Shown piece after piece: positions 23,301 to 38,300 of a stretch of 64,000 nucleotides of DNA. Each line of letters opens with the position of its first letter. The first letter of the stretch is position 1. Source of the stretch: Catajapyx aquilonaris (Eukaryota); assembly GCA_000934665.2 (NCBI GenBank), contig KZ537983.1:62001-126000 (forward strand). The letters are read 5' to 3'. The notes beneath the pieces are model-generated. The model was not told where the DNA came from, searched no databases, and saw nothing but the letters and a program-made list of their open reading frames with translations. Made by a program: the position numbers and the translations under genes.

Positions 23301-26300
23301 AACTAGGGTCTAGTCACGTTCTCCAAAATCGCACCTGGATCCCACCACTCTAAGCCCCCCCCCCCCCNCCCCCTCCCATATAACATTCCTTCTGGGCGAA
23401 TATCCTAAATCAATCCGTGGCATCCTTTTCCGGGAGGAAAAAGGGGTGGGGTCTACCCCACATTCTATTAAGAGCTCAAGAGGAGCTCCCACCGATTTAT
23501 CGCCTGGCAAGTGACTACGAGAGAGAACCTGGGTGTAGACAAATTCAGCCCCTAAGCTATTTTCCAAAACCCAATTTGGTACCAGCAACGATTCAATAGA
23601 GAAGACCAAAAAAATGGAGTCCTATGGAGAAATCTCCAAAACCAGTAAGGGTGAAAGTCGCATGCATGTCCTGCACTAATCCCTACTGAATCAAGGGGGA
23701 TTAGTGCAGGGCATGCATGCGACTTTCACCCTTACTGGTTATGTATCCACACCCTTGTCGCACCGGTTGCATACACCTCAGGATAACCAGGCTGAACTAA
23801 TGTTCCTCGATCAGTCTCTAGTGGGAATCAGGGAGAACATCGCGGAATCTGTAGCATTTTCATACAATCAATGGAATAGACTCGAGGGAATCATCGCCAC
23901 AAAAGAAGCACGGTCAAAATCAATAGGAGAAACTGGGTAGAACTATAGGTGGAAAAATCGATGGGTATGAACAAATCAAGTGAAATCAGTGCTCGTAATA
24001 ACTATTCACCCTAAACATGTTTTATTCCTAGGCTTTCCATTTTAATCCCAACTAATGGCGGCCAGCGAGGGAACCTGGATCAAAATCCTTTCATATTATC
24101 CACCTTGTATGAATATCTACGTCACCAGCGAGGGGTTACGGATGGAAAGTGCCCAAATTCGATTTAATCCGGCGAGGCTCGGGGATGGACAGGTTACCGC
24201 TGTGTATACACAGGAGAAAGATGACCAAGTTTAAGGGGGGTGTCATCATCCATCAAAAGCGTCGAAGCCTAGCCCCAAATCTGCTCTCATGCCACGTCTC
24301 ATGGACACGCAGGGGATTAGTAGCCATGGGAACTGATCATCCTGGGGAGGAAGAGAAGTTATAGGAAAGGCTATTCCTTGGCCCAAATTCTCATAGGACC
24401 ACATCAGCCAATCACAATCAGAAATTCATAACCACCTGCTAGATTTACTCAATCGGAAATTAATTTACCCGCCAGTTACGCAGATCTGACGGAACGGGCG
24501 CCCGCATGAAAACTCATTACACCCATTAGCCATGAACGACAAGCATTATTAATGGCAACAAACCTCGAATAGTACCAGTACCCCCATAACTCTTCCCCCC
24601 CCCCCNTCCTGAATAATTTAAATACCAGTTTCCAAAAACACACCCAACGTTGAAAGTCAACGTCCTCAAGCCTATACGGCCCAAAATGGGTGCTTTATCC
24701 GATTCCCACCAGGCTCCTAATACGCCTGCAGAATGTGAATCCCAGTTACGATAATGCAAACAAAATAAAAAGGCCAACTAACGGGTTACCTGGCCCATGA
24801 TAATTCCCCTCGCAGCGCACCATCAATAGATGCCTCCAGTATCTCCAGGGACCAATTATGGGCTCCAGCACTGCTTGCCGGCTATTTCCCGCCTTCTTAT
24901 CTATTAATACTAAGAATGGACTCCGCAAAACCGCCTATAGTCCCAGTACGTGCTTGGAATTTCACCTTTATGGCTCTGTTGAAGTAAGAATTTAAACCTT
25001 AGCTGGATTCGATCCTGCAACCCTCTCATTTATAGAAAAACTTTTTTTCTATAAATGAGAGGGTTGCAGGATCGAATCCACCTAAGGCTGGGTAGGAGAT
25101 TTTTGATTTTTGACTTATTTTTTTTCAAAAATCCCAGTAAGTATTGGAAGTAGTCATTCCCCCCCCCCNCCCCCCCCCCCCCAAATAATGTGAATTGCTA
25201 AAATATTTACATATCCAACATGGCCTTAACTGTTAGTTACGAGTGCCTAATGCAAGTGGGCTATTGTGTTCCCCCTCTCCGCACTCATATAGCCTCTAGT
25301 CATGCATTGTATCGGTATACTCTTTCCCCACGCCCCTTCCATTATTTTGTCAATTATTCATTGTGCTGGTAGACTGATGATGAACACCATTAAAATCTAC
25401 TTAAAGCACTCCCAGAGTCCAGGTATTTACCGCAACAGCGCTTCAATAGCCGCGCAATTAATCTAACGCACACATCCAAAAATTTTCTCGCCATGTTATT
25501 TTTTCAGGAGCGCTTCGTGTATATGGCTGCCCCCTTGTTCAATTATGCATTCTATAGGGGAGAATTCGAAACGCAAAAAAATATTCCTCCCTTTTGTGTT
25601 CAGCCATATAGTGTGGAAGAAAAGGAATAAGGAAAACGCATAAAAAATATAATAAGCGTGAAGCCAAGGGTGGAAAAAGCATTTTATTACGAAAAACGGC
25701 ACCCCCCTGGAATATCAATAGCAACTACGCTCCAATTGGCTATCCTAAATAGGTTTTGCAAATTACACGCCATTTTTTTTGTGGTGTTTCCAATTTTGCA
25801 CAACACATATATTATTTACCCACAGACAGCGACCGCTGCCATTTAATGTAGCGCGACAAGTTAAAATCAGTGCTACAAAATGATTCGATTGTCCGCAATT
25901 ATGCAACCCATATGCCGTTTTGTCCTACGTACTGCACAATTTTGTGAGTTTGGCACTTCATTTTTTTAAATCACGTGGATACCAGCCTGTTCACAAATTA
26001 AACTATGCATGCCAGTGTGTAGCCTCCTGTTGGACCATTATTTGAAATGTGGCCGCATGTTCGGGATACCAATCATGATTGGTACAGATTCACTGTTTTA
26101 AAATAAACATGTAGCTAGAAAAATGCCACAATTTGCTCTGGAAAAAATATAGGCTACAATTTATCACCTGCATTTTTTAAAATATTTTTGCAAATCCAAT
26201 TCCGAGCGTGAAAAATGTCTTGCCAACGAGAAGGCTTGCAAAAAAAACCGCATTGTTAAGACTTTTTGGCGATGAGGTGGGAAGGTAACAAGGAATTAGC

Positions 26301-29300
26301 ATTGCGGATGAGGCTTTTCAACCCTCTCTCAATCTAATGGGGATTCTACTGGGAAACTGGCAACAAAAAGCGAGGGGGGAAAAAAAGGAAGCAGAAAATG
26401 GAGGAAGTAGCAGAAGAAGCCAAGCAGCTAGCGATTTCTCAGGATTTATTACCCGCTCCCGCTAATTTGGCGGAACCAATTGATGTTGCCATATATCGTT
26501 CAGGATTCCACTTTCCTTCTAACTCATTTAGTTCGAAAGCCGAATGAAGGTGTTTGCAATTTTATCTATCTTGGAGGGGAGGGGATGGGGTGGGGTGGTT
26601 AATATAATATATTACTGCAGCCCAAATCGGTTTAAATGCTATGTACAGGGTGAGCATGAATATGGAATATTCAGTTTAATCAAAAATTATTCCCCTGTGA
26701 TGTGTTCCTGCATTTAAAATCAATGGAAAGCTTGTTTCAAGCTGGAGTAACTTACTCTGTGCTCCAACATCGATTGAACTGCGGTGTGCTCCAGAGCACT
26801 GTATTTTGCAGCACATATTCAGTTTATGCCCTAGGCAATTTGCACATGTGCTTTGACAGGTTAAACACTACTTTCATCGAGTTCGCCCCGTGCTAAACCA
26901 AGCCGGAAAACTAAAACGTGCTCATTACCTCTACATGAATATTTTTGAAAGATTTTCTCGCTTTAAAAAAATATTTAAATTTAGTGCCTCAAAACTCTTG
27001 AATTCCCCTCGCCCATTTTGAATAAAAAATCAGTGACTTGCAACTCCTACCCAACGCATTATCATGAGTGAAATATGTGACTCCCTCCATAAAAGACAGT
27101 CGCAAATTTCAAATACGATCTCTATACCACCCGCCATACTATCCCTCCCCTGAAAATTCCCCTGCAATTAAATAGATGCTGGCTAAATTCCAGGCATTCC
27201 GTAGCGGTACGGTGGTGAAAGCGGCCATGGACAATCAGTTTGAAAAAAAATCGACTCCCTGTTGAAAGTGGTTCTAGAATCACACTAAAACCGGAGTCAA
27301 AAAAATATGACGGAATTTCTACCTAAAAAATACTTGTAGAAAACCCAGAAGGTCTAACCCTACCCAGCAAAACCCACACGTTACCCCCACGGGTTGGGGG
27401 ATGTTATCGAGCGCCCCCAAGAGCGAAACGGGAGAGGTGACCACATCAAAAGAGATCAAAGTGGCCAGTCTCTTGGCTGCTGCCACGCGCAGCACTCATT
27501 TCCTCCTATCCTCCCCCCACATAAATGCACAACCATCCATCCAACCCCACCCTCTCCACACACAAAACATCACATGGTATATATGTCCACTTCCATCTCA
27601 ATTGGCGTGCAAAGGTTCCCTAGGTCTTCGACCAAAGACACACATGTGATGTATCAGTAAACATCTGCTTATTCGATTGAAGGGTGGGGTTGTAAAGATA
27701 CGGAAGTAATTTCAACTGCACACACCATGATTAGTATGGTATCAAAGGGTGCCGTAGCAACCGAATTTCGGGAAGCGGAAGCGGAGGAGCGCCATGTTCA
27801 GTGGGTGGGGTGAGAGTGCCCTCTAGGGGTGGTATGGGCCAGTTTGTTGTGATGCCGAGACTCATTTCCCCACTGGTCCCCTCGGGCTGCCCACCCACAA
27901 AAACCGCCCATTGTTTGTTGCCTACTGTACTGGCACACAACATATCTGGAAACGGTGATAAAAACATAGTTTCAAACACTGCACTGGTAGGACTATATAC
28001 ATGAGAGGGTTGCAGGATCGAATCCGCAGCCACGGTTTAGATTCTTATTTCCAACACTACTAACAAATCTTGACTGATTGTTGAATCGACAAGACCAGCC
28101 TGGAATGGACGGACTGAGACTATAATTCCTATTTGATGCCTACGCACCTCGAGGGTCCCCAATGACGGTCTTCTGAAAAAAAAAAAAGGAATGGAAAAGT
28201 CCCTGTGGCTTGCATCGGGCAAATGGGTTTCCGATGCTCGTAAAGATCCCCTGAACCCTCACCGAAAAAACCGGACCTAGAAAGTCTCACCCTCGTACAC
28301 AAGAAAGCTGGACCCTGGGACCCTTCTTTGTTGGGGTCCCTCACATCATTTGGAGCTAAAACAAGTGCGGTTTTTATAGCCAGTCCCCTACCATCTTGAG
28401 AGTTGAAACTAGTTCTTGTTACTGCAGAGAGAGTCCCTTTCGAGGTTGCCATGGAAAAGTGCAAATGAGACGCTGCCAACCCAGGGCTTCTCAGTTATCT
28501 ACTTAAGGAAGTTCGGATGAGGATGGGGGGAATGATGGCTTTTCAACTCCCGGAGAAAGACGGAACAACTTTTGACGGGTTGATTATCTCGTAAACATGA
28601 TACTTTGAATATACCACCCCCCGACGGTGTTTCGGTTCGAGAAACGCGTTGACGAAGGCGTACTTAAATTACCGGTAATGCACTAGGAAACGAGTAGATG
28701 GGGGTAAACGATTTGGTTTGGAACCAAAATGAGGTTTACCTATACAAATTGTCAGGAATTCTCAAACTCGTTGAAAATTCCCACTGTAATTCCTCATTCA
28801 TTAGAGTTTCTGCTCCCGGCGTAATATTTGAGTGATGAACATGTTAAACCTCATTGCACCCACTGCATTGTCAAAAGTGCAGGCAATTTTCACGTATAGT
28901 CCATCACTTTCGATTTTTCACACTGAGAGCAATTCATTAGTGTAGTTGGCAACCCTAGAAGTAAGCTGTAGATTTTCGACACTACACTGACATGGGAACG
29001 ACCAAGGTCGGTCGCCTCCGATTTGGTTGAAACGCGCTTGAGGGGTCACTCATATGCGACAGGCACTGTGGTGAAAGTCTTAGATGACACTATCCATCCG
29101 TTTCCGAGATATGAGCGACAAATAGCGGATGTTTCTGTTGCTCATAACTCGAAAACGGCTCGACAGTGTCATCTAGGACTTTCACCACAGTGTCTATCAC
29201 ACATGAGTGACCCCTCAAGCGAGTTTCAACCCAATCGGAGGCGACTTGGTCGGTCCCTTAGCTTCTACTGAGGCTGTCACGACTACAAAGCCGCACGCCA

Positions 29301-32300
29301 TCTAGTATGAAGACTCCCAACTTGCAATAGTGAATACGCTCCATCATGCCCCCATCATCCTAAAATCAAATAGTTAATAGTTCCATCAGCCTTTAATCGC
29401 ATCCACAACAAACTAACACCGGAGATACCTGACACTATGTGGAAATTGCAAGATTGACACGTTCCGCATTTTTTGGCCCCCCCATGCTGCGAACATCACA
29501 ACGTACCCCGCAGGCAACGTCAAGCGCATCCGTCCTGATGGAACCGGAAAGCCCCACTATTTTCCAAGCGGGCCTCTGAAACAATGGCCGCTTTGATTAA
29601 TTTCATTTCGAAAATGACGAGACTTTTTTTTTTCATCCGCCATATAAAAGTGCGCTCAATAAACCAAAATGTTGCGCACCTGACGCTTTAAAAGAGAATA
29701 ACTATACCCCCTCCCCCACCCCCTCGATGATCGATGAGATGAACGACCTTTGACGAACTCTAAGTGACACTTGCTTTTACCACGGTACATAATTCTATCC
29801 GGAGCCCTCATCACGGATAATGAAAAAACTCGGGCATAACCCCCCCCCCCCCCGAAGTATCGGACGTACTTCACATCCTATAGAAAAATTTCGAAAGCAC
29901 AGGGTGAGTCATCTTGTAGTACCAATTGGACCACCCTCTTTTTCGTGGGACTTGGCCTAATTATCACCATTATTCATGTCACTTAACTCCCCTCTTACTT
30001 GGTCATTACCTCCACGTGGGCCACTCGAATTTTCCCATCTACCCACATCCAATCAGCAAACCCTCCTCGTTGTTTCCTATAACCAAACACGACGTGATCA
30101 AACCCAATCTTACATTTGCTTACAAATGTTGCACTTGCGGTACTTTCCAAGTGGACATGGGCGACTTAACGAAGCCGCGTTGAAAACTGCCGACTAGCTT
30201 CTATATAATCAGCAGCAAAGGCTCCTAATTGCAATTTGCCGGCGGGTTTGAGCTGGTGGAGAAAAAACAGAGTCTGAAGCCGGTCCCAAGAGATATAGAT
30301 AAATCGAGCCGTCCGCCATTTTTCCGCGTCGTTTCTTCGAGGTGCTTGCAAAATACTGTGAAAAAAACCGGGGTTCGTAGAAATGAAGCTACTTTTTCTC
30401 CTATTTGGACCCCACCAAATGGGCGATGAGCGGGACAATAGCTGCACGTGCTGGTATCAAAAGCTCGCTTCGGTCCACGGTATAACGTAGAGTGTCAGCT
30501 GGCGAGACCGATAACTTCAGGTTGACCGGGCACGACGGTCCAAGTGATTTTCTTATTTCCTTCGGGGATTGACTGCGAAATGGACCTACGTTGCACCTGA
30601 ATATTGCAATTTTTCAGAAATCTCTCGGCGGAGTTGGAAGTTTCTGAATTCATGGTTTCGGACAACGACTGTTCGATATCACACGTGCGATCTATATTTC
30701 TGCAATATCGCATGATCCATATATCAATTTACGATATGTACATACCAATATCGCTACTGATCCCCATCCTTAATTTATTAAAAAAGGGACGCACAAGCCC
30801 TGCTAATTAAATCGCCAGGTAGGATCATCATGATTAAATTCAGCTTTTGAATCTGCACCAAATCTGTGGCATAAAAAAAGCATAATAAATTATTGCAGAA
30901 TTTGCATGTAGGTGCTATAGGTGAACTCTGACCTCTGGAAGCTGCTCAACTAAAGTTATTTGTGTGTTAGTACCGGTAACGGTTGTGTTTGTTCGAATAC
31001 AACCTACCGGAGTCGCTGCAGGTATGTGTGTTTTGGAACCAACTGAGCGTAATGGCTGCACATTGTAACCTGAACAAGTACATTGTTCAGTGTATGACCT
31101 ACTTCAAGTATCTTTGTACAGAGTACATCAAAAGTGCAATTCGCGAAATTTGAGCCTGGTTCAACTGTAGGCACAATATGGCCTCGTGGCTATGAGGAAA
31201 CCTACACATCGGATCAAATTTCTGAGATCTTCTCTCACCCCCAGCAGCCCCTGAAATATCGACAGATAAAAAGAAGAATCCGATATCCGATGATCCCTCC
31301 CGTGATCGTACTTACCAATTGGCCCTCCTTTTTCCACAATATAACCGGAGGTGGGTCGCCGGTAGCCTCGCATCGAAGTTCCAAGGGAGTTCCAGGTCTC
31401 ACCGAATAGTCCTCCGGGTATTCCGTCAGACGAGCAGGAACTGCAAGCCAACAAACATTCCAATTATTGGACACAAGACTGTTACTGGAGCTCTACAAAG
31501 TTGGCAAGTTTGCGCCGAAGCTTATAATTGGGTATGGCGTATCACAACAGCATTGCCGATACTGGCATCTCTATCTGTCAGATTGAAGTTAAGTTTTGCT
31601 ATGGTCGATAGTTGAAAGGGATGTAATTAGGCAAAGTTGAACATGATCGCATGTGCAGGTTTACAAGCTTAATAGTTTCATTACCATATACACGTCAACA
31701 AGTTCTGCGATATCGCCAGTTACCATTTTCCCTGAAAACTTGTGGTGAACTGCTTATACTGTGTATAATGCACACACCAAATTTTCAGTGTTGTAACATG
31801 GCCCTTTAAATACTTTGTGGTTGATTACATTAACGTAATGACTGAAGATTCACCACCAAAGCGCAATCCCAGACTCGTGTGGACCCCCCCAATCCTACCA
31901 GGAACACACCACAACTGACACCCCTTAATTTAACTTACGAGGGAGGGTCAAAAAGTTATCTACCTAGGTATGAAGGACATGTGTTACAACTCTCACAATG
32001 TCATTTTTTTTCGATGTAATCTCCCTTCATCTCAATGCATTTGCGTCATTTGTCTGAAAGTGATCCGATCCCACCTGAAAAAAATTCCAAAGTTTGGTCT
32101 GCAATCCACTGGTCTGCCGCCATTTTCAATTCATTATGAGCGCCAAAATGACGTCCCAGAAGTTCTTTTTTAGGTGACGAAGTCACTCTGGGCCAGGTCC
32201 AGACTGCAGGGTGGATAATTCATCACCATGAAGCCCCAGTTTCTGATGGCAACTTGAACAACACGCCAGGTGTGTACTGGGGAATTGTTGTGGATCAGTC

Positions 32301-35300
32301 ACACACTTCTGGTCATCTTCCCGGGTCGTTTTGAAGCAATGGCTTCTCTCCGTCACTTTAGTAGGTCAGCGTAGATACTCCCGGTGATTGTTGTCTTATG
32401 GGGCATGTTGTCTACCAATAAAACACCTTCAGAATCCCCAAATATCTGGCCATAATCTTGCCCCACGAAAGTCGCGTATGGCACTTCTTGGATGGTAAGG
32501 AATTCGCATGCTTCCATTGCATGGACTCCATATATGTTTCAGGATCCCAGGTTTCGTCTCTGGTCACTATCTGGGTCAAAAACATGTCAACATCTGCTTC
32601 ATACATGTCCCAAGTTCTCTTGAGAACATGCGACGTGAACAGACCTCTGGAGTGTCTAGAGCAACCTGGGTACCCATCGAATACAAACCTTCCACATCCC
32701 CAAATAATCGTGCAGGATGGTTATAACACTCAATTTGGAGATCCCCACCTCCATGGCTATCTGTATGTGAAGCCTTTAATCGCCTCTTTTCCATCACAAG
32801 ATCCGTACATTTTGTCACATGTCACTTGATGTTGCCTCTACAGACCTTCTGGAGTGGGGGTCATCTTCAAGTGACTCCCTGCTCCACTTAAATTGCTTGC
32901 ACCAGTACTTTGTTGGGTCAATGGAAGGAGAACTGTCCCCATACACTGCCTGTAACTTGTGGTGAACATCAAAACGTCGTATCCACTCCAATGTGAGAAA
33001 ATTCATGACAGCACAGTGCTTCAATTTCTTGAAATTCATCCTTGCCCACATCTGCCTAGCTTCGCAACACCCCTGCTCATTCATTTCTGAGCGGATCGAG
33101 TTCAAACTTGCACACTTGTACAAGAAGGGTTGAAAGTACCTCTAATTAAAAAATTATGCCGCTAAGCCATGTCCTTCATACCTAGGTAGATAACTTTTTG
33201 ACCCTCCCTCGTACCATTACAAAGTATAATGCCAGTGTTTATATTCCGAAGTAATTAATTAAAATGCAAAACCCCCTTCCAAGTTCCACAAGAACAACAA
33301 CAGATTGTCGCATAATCCATCCTAAACAAAAAGGACTTAATTACGCACACTTCCACATTCAAATTCCATCATAATTCACATTTTCGCGCCATTTCTCTCC
33401 TCAGCTTATCAATCATATTTTCCTATTGAAAATCTTCCCTTACAAAAGGCTCGTATACCTTATACTGTTGTCGTCGTGCGTGATGGTGATAAATGAATGG
33501 AGGGAAAGGGGCCCCAAGATGGAGGATCCCTGGTTTATTCAGATTTCCCCGGAGAGTCCTGCAAGGATGGATTCCAGGGAGGCTAGAAAAGCAACCCTGG
33601 GCCTGTACATACAAGCTCAGATTGGAAGGAATGGGGCCCATTTTCTGGAAGGTTGGCCCCCCTTCCTCTAATCCAGCCTGCTTTTCCCCCCCTTGAATAT
33701 TAATCTGGGCTGATTCACTCCCATATATACCCCAAGCCCAAATCAAACATGGCTCCCCTTTCCCTTCCTTTTTAATTACTTTCTATTCTCCAGCATAGAG
33801 CGGATGTTACCCACACTACATATCTGGATATAATCACTCCCCCCTCCCCCCCTCATTTACCCTCCAGTGTTTTGGACTTTACACAGATTTTCAATCAATT
33901 TTGTGTAGCTACATCCACTGGTAGCGCCATCTACACTTTCAAACTAATATTTTAACATTACATTCCCTAACTTATTGCCCCGGATAAAACTGCCAATGGA
34001 AACCCGAACCCAACATATCCACCACATAGGTCGCACCAGGGAAAAACCAATAAAACTTGTCGGTTTCTTCGGGACCAATAATTCTTTTACGCTTCCTGAC
34101 ACACACCTTGGAACACTTCTTTCCTCCAACCCCCAGAAAGGGGGCATTTTGTTTGGAACAGGCGGGGGAAAAAAAGAAGGGCAGAGGGTGGAAAATCCCC
34201 TCGGATCAAGTCTGTCCTGGAGATTTCCACCCCTATTTCCAAGCCTCTTAATCTTCTTCGCTTCCTTCTCGGCCGCTTGCATTTCTATTCATAGAATTTT
34301 ACGTGGCTAGGGTCACTCAGCGACCCATTGCCGCATCATGCCCTTTCAATTTGCACCCGAAAATCTTCCACCAAGTCGGCCGAATAGCATTTCGCCGAAT
34401 TTTCCCATTTTCGATTAACAAAATATGGTCCCAGCTTCCTCAACACCCAAATAATTACAATAGGAAGCATCAAATATTAAGATTACACTACACTTTCACA
34501 TTCATATGTTGTATGATAAAAAATATTAAATTCGGCGAATCGTCATTCGGCAAAATGGGCCGTGTTCAGTCAATATCAAGATTGACTCTTAGCCTAAAGG
34601 AAGCTTCGCCACCTCCCCCAACCAACCACTCCAAAATTTTCGCTTCAACGCCAAAACCCGCCGGGATTGAAACCCCCCCCCCCCCCCCCCAGAAAATTAT
34701 AGTCCACCGGAAAAATTATTACCATTACACTTCCCACGCCTTTGCCCCTGGTCCGCCCAACTCTTTATTTCTTTACGCCCTCCTTCACACCATTCTCACA
34801 CAATCTTTTTTCCCCCCGCCGGAAAGTTATAAATGGCCGTAATGTCAGGGTAGCCCGGCGCTAACATTGTCTTCTCTCCACCTCCCCCACCACCCTCTTC
34901 GCCACTCTGCTCCAAATGGATCCATTTTTCTCTACCTCACCTTATCACAAAGTTTGCTTTAGGTGAGATCAACCAACTACAAATGGTTTGTCCCGATGAA
35001 ATATTGTGTGCTTAAAGTGGGCAACAAGGTTAGGAATAGCCTCGTGTCAGGCTGTCACACGACTGGCTATCCAGGTTCACAACCCGATCTAGTAGATGGA
35101 CTCGGTAAAATCTGGTGAATAATCCGTGTACAGTGATCGGGTCATACTGCTATTATGCGATTCACGAGTCCTGGCCTGTTAGGCTCCACCCACCTCCTCC
35201 CAACGTCAACGGCGGAAGAAATCAGGGCTGGAATGCTCGTGATTCTCGCGAGTAGGAGCCATTGCATTGGTGCGGGGTTCGGTCTCAACAAGGGATAGGT

Positions 35301-38300
35301 GGTTCGTCGTATTTCCAGGCCTGGTTGTGTCCCCCCCCCCCAATGCGATCCACTGCTGCCAAGTGCTCTCCCCCATCCTCCTGGCAGGCGTGTGAGGCCA
35401 TGGCGGACGCGGACGTGGCAACCTCGCCTTCAGAGGGCGGAGGACGGGGGAGGAGCCAACATGCCAGGACTCGTGAATCGCATAATAGTGACATCCTCTG
35501 ATGCGGCAGAAGTGCTAATCGAAGTGTGAGCCGTGCGAGTAAGAAGAGGTAGCCCTTGGGTTACGTCACTGGCTGGGGGAGGAGCCTTTTCTCCATTGTC
35601 ACCGAGCCGGTGACGTCACTCAAGGCCTACCTCATCTTACTCGCACGGCTCACACTTCGATTAGCACTTCTGCCGCATCACAGAATGTCGCTAGCAGTAT
35701 GACCCGATTAATGTCCAGCACTGGTACCGCAATAGCAGAAACGTGCCAATTTGGCCCATATCAGCCCATTCCCCAGTACGCAATAAAAGTAATAAACGTT
35801 TTATCCTGTCAATTACACGCTTCGACAGTACAATAGACGTTCTAATCCGCAAAACGACAGGGCCAACTACACCGAACAAGATCGTCACCTACATAGCTAT
35901 ATACACTTCCATATAACGTGCAAAGAGCCCGTAAAAACTAAACCGTTATTACTAACGAACAGAAGCATTGCGTCATTACACAAGTTTACATCTTTCAAGC
36001 GACACATTAACAGGACTAATTACACGACGGGTGTCCGAAAAGCGCGTAAAACATGTGCCAAAGTAGCCTGTTTTTTGGGGCCAACTGGTAATACTGCGGA
36101 AATCCCTTGGGATTTTCTGCGGTGCACTCTGAAACTAACCTGGGTCATATACGTTGGGTGTAGATTGGAAACATCTGAACCGTGAGACGAGCTCTGTAGA
36201 GGTTCTTCCTTCTTTTGATGGACGTGTAATTCAATTTTTACTTCTTCGTGCGGAATAACAAGGAAGCTCAACCATTTGAAGAAGGATCTCATCTCTAGAC
36301 GCTCTGGTAAGTCTCGATCAAATTGCACGCCGATCCATGGAAGAATTTTTTGTCTAATATGCCGTATTAGTAAGCCAGAAAAGTCTACAAGAACCGGTGA
36401 GTTTGCTGGGAGGCGCCACCCACAGCCCTTCTGGTGCTATTGTGAGGACCCGCCCCCTACAGGTCATGTGATGTGGGCGGGCATGCGCACTGCTTCCCTG
36501 GCTTTGGCCAGGGGAGAGTGGTAACCAGAGTGGAGTGAGTCATAGGTTCAATAAACCAGTGCCCATGGAACTTTCTTAGCTAGCCCAGGGTTGGCCCTGA
36601 GGTCGTCACAATATCAATCCCCCTATAAAAAATAACCAAAAAACGCCCCCTATATGAACTTATTCAGGACAGACGCCAGCTTCTATACCATCCGCTAGAT
36701 GGCGTCATCAACCGCCATTTTGTCGCCGTTACTCATCCTTAATTGCGACTGATTACGTGCGAAATGATCATCAAAACTGGATCCACAAATATAAGTGTAG
36801 CACAGATTGCTCCACTGAGACAATTCGTAACGATTGAGCCCCGCTGTTTCCAGCACAAGTCAAGAGAGGGGAAGAGAAGGGATCTAAAAATCACAGGGAC
36901 AACCAAAAAAAAACCCGGAAGAAGTGGGTTAAAAAGACGAGCAAAAAAATTCCAATAGTGCGGGCTCCCTTGATCGCAACGGAATGAGAGAAAAGGATCT
37001 GCGGGCCGGGAGCAAAGGGCCGGAACGTTTTATTTCCAACTGCCCAACCTACACAAATCGCTTTCCTTCTGACCTCCCCTCTTTCGCTTACTCCAAGGGC
37101 CATTGACCACCAACAACCAACAGAAGCCACCGACATTCCAATAGCAAAAAAATACTATTTCATTCAAAATTTTTTTTTTGAAAAATCAATTTTTATGTAA
37201 CAAATTACCTGCTGTTTAATGTACCACCCTCATCAGAGGCGGGGCTACTAATTGGAGTCAACCACTCTTCATTCAACAGGGGAGCGTTCATATAAATTAA
37301 ATGTTGGCGTGATTTCCCGAGTTCCGGCTTGTCAAACCGGCCGTACAGACCGCAGAAATTTACGTGGGTACTGACCTGATGTATACTGAATCACCGTTGA
37401 AATATGGGTGATGATGTCGAATTTTAACGTGAGTTACTGGCCTGGAGGGGCTTAAGGAAACGTGCACTGGGTTTCGTGGGTAAAAAACCATATACGGATA
37501 TGGTATTTACGTACAGGCTCTATTACACGGCTCTGTCCACCAAGCAAATTTGAACAAGTGTGCTTCAGTGGAGCTCAAAAGGATGGGTAAAACAAAGAGT
37601 ATTTAAAGCCCTGCCCTGTTTAATTTCCCTTTGAATTATTTTTTTTAAACTTCTCCATAGTGACTTTATGACACACCCTGTCGCCCATCCCAACTTTTAA
37701 TAAATTCATATTCTATGCAAGACCCTGAATAATGCAGGACTGATAACCTTAACTTTCCAACATTGTATGAATAGCTCTGCCAGTTAATTAGCTACGTACG
37801 CGATTGATTGGACCTGGATGCCACCCCATATATACGGGTGCGTGGTCCCAGATGATGTGCACAAAGCATAATGCAACGTGTTGACTCTCGCAAAATGGGT
37901 AATATTTCAACAGCTTCGTAGTAAACCTCGTTAACTATATACAACACTGCTGTATAGTAGTTTGGATTTATCCACTGCAAAATATTTGTCACTCATTCCA
38001 CGTGGAATCTTTTTCACTCATTCCACTCTCCGCCAAAAATCTGGAACGCTGCGAAAATTCAATTTTTCAGTTGAAAAATTCCACGTGGAAGGAGTGGAAA
38101 ATTCCACGTGGAATAAGTGGGGGGGAAATCCACGTGGAATATTTTCCACTCCTACCACGTGGAATTTTTTTCAACTCAAAAATGGCATTTTCGCAACATT
38201 CCAGATTTTTGGCGGAGATTATTCTGCCAGAGAAAGTTTAGCCCTGAATCTTTCATGAGGAAATCCTGGAGAAGCAGCAAGCAAGAGCAGGGAATAAAAA

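Noticed and set aside
22100..24900. Possible decayed LINE remnants (also about 39660-39990)
   Set aside because: Only vague motif resemblance and no continuous RT or endonuclease frame; needs a translated search against a TE library.
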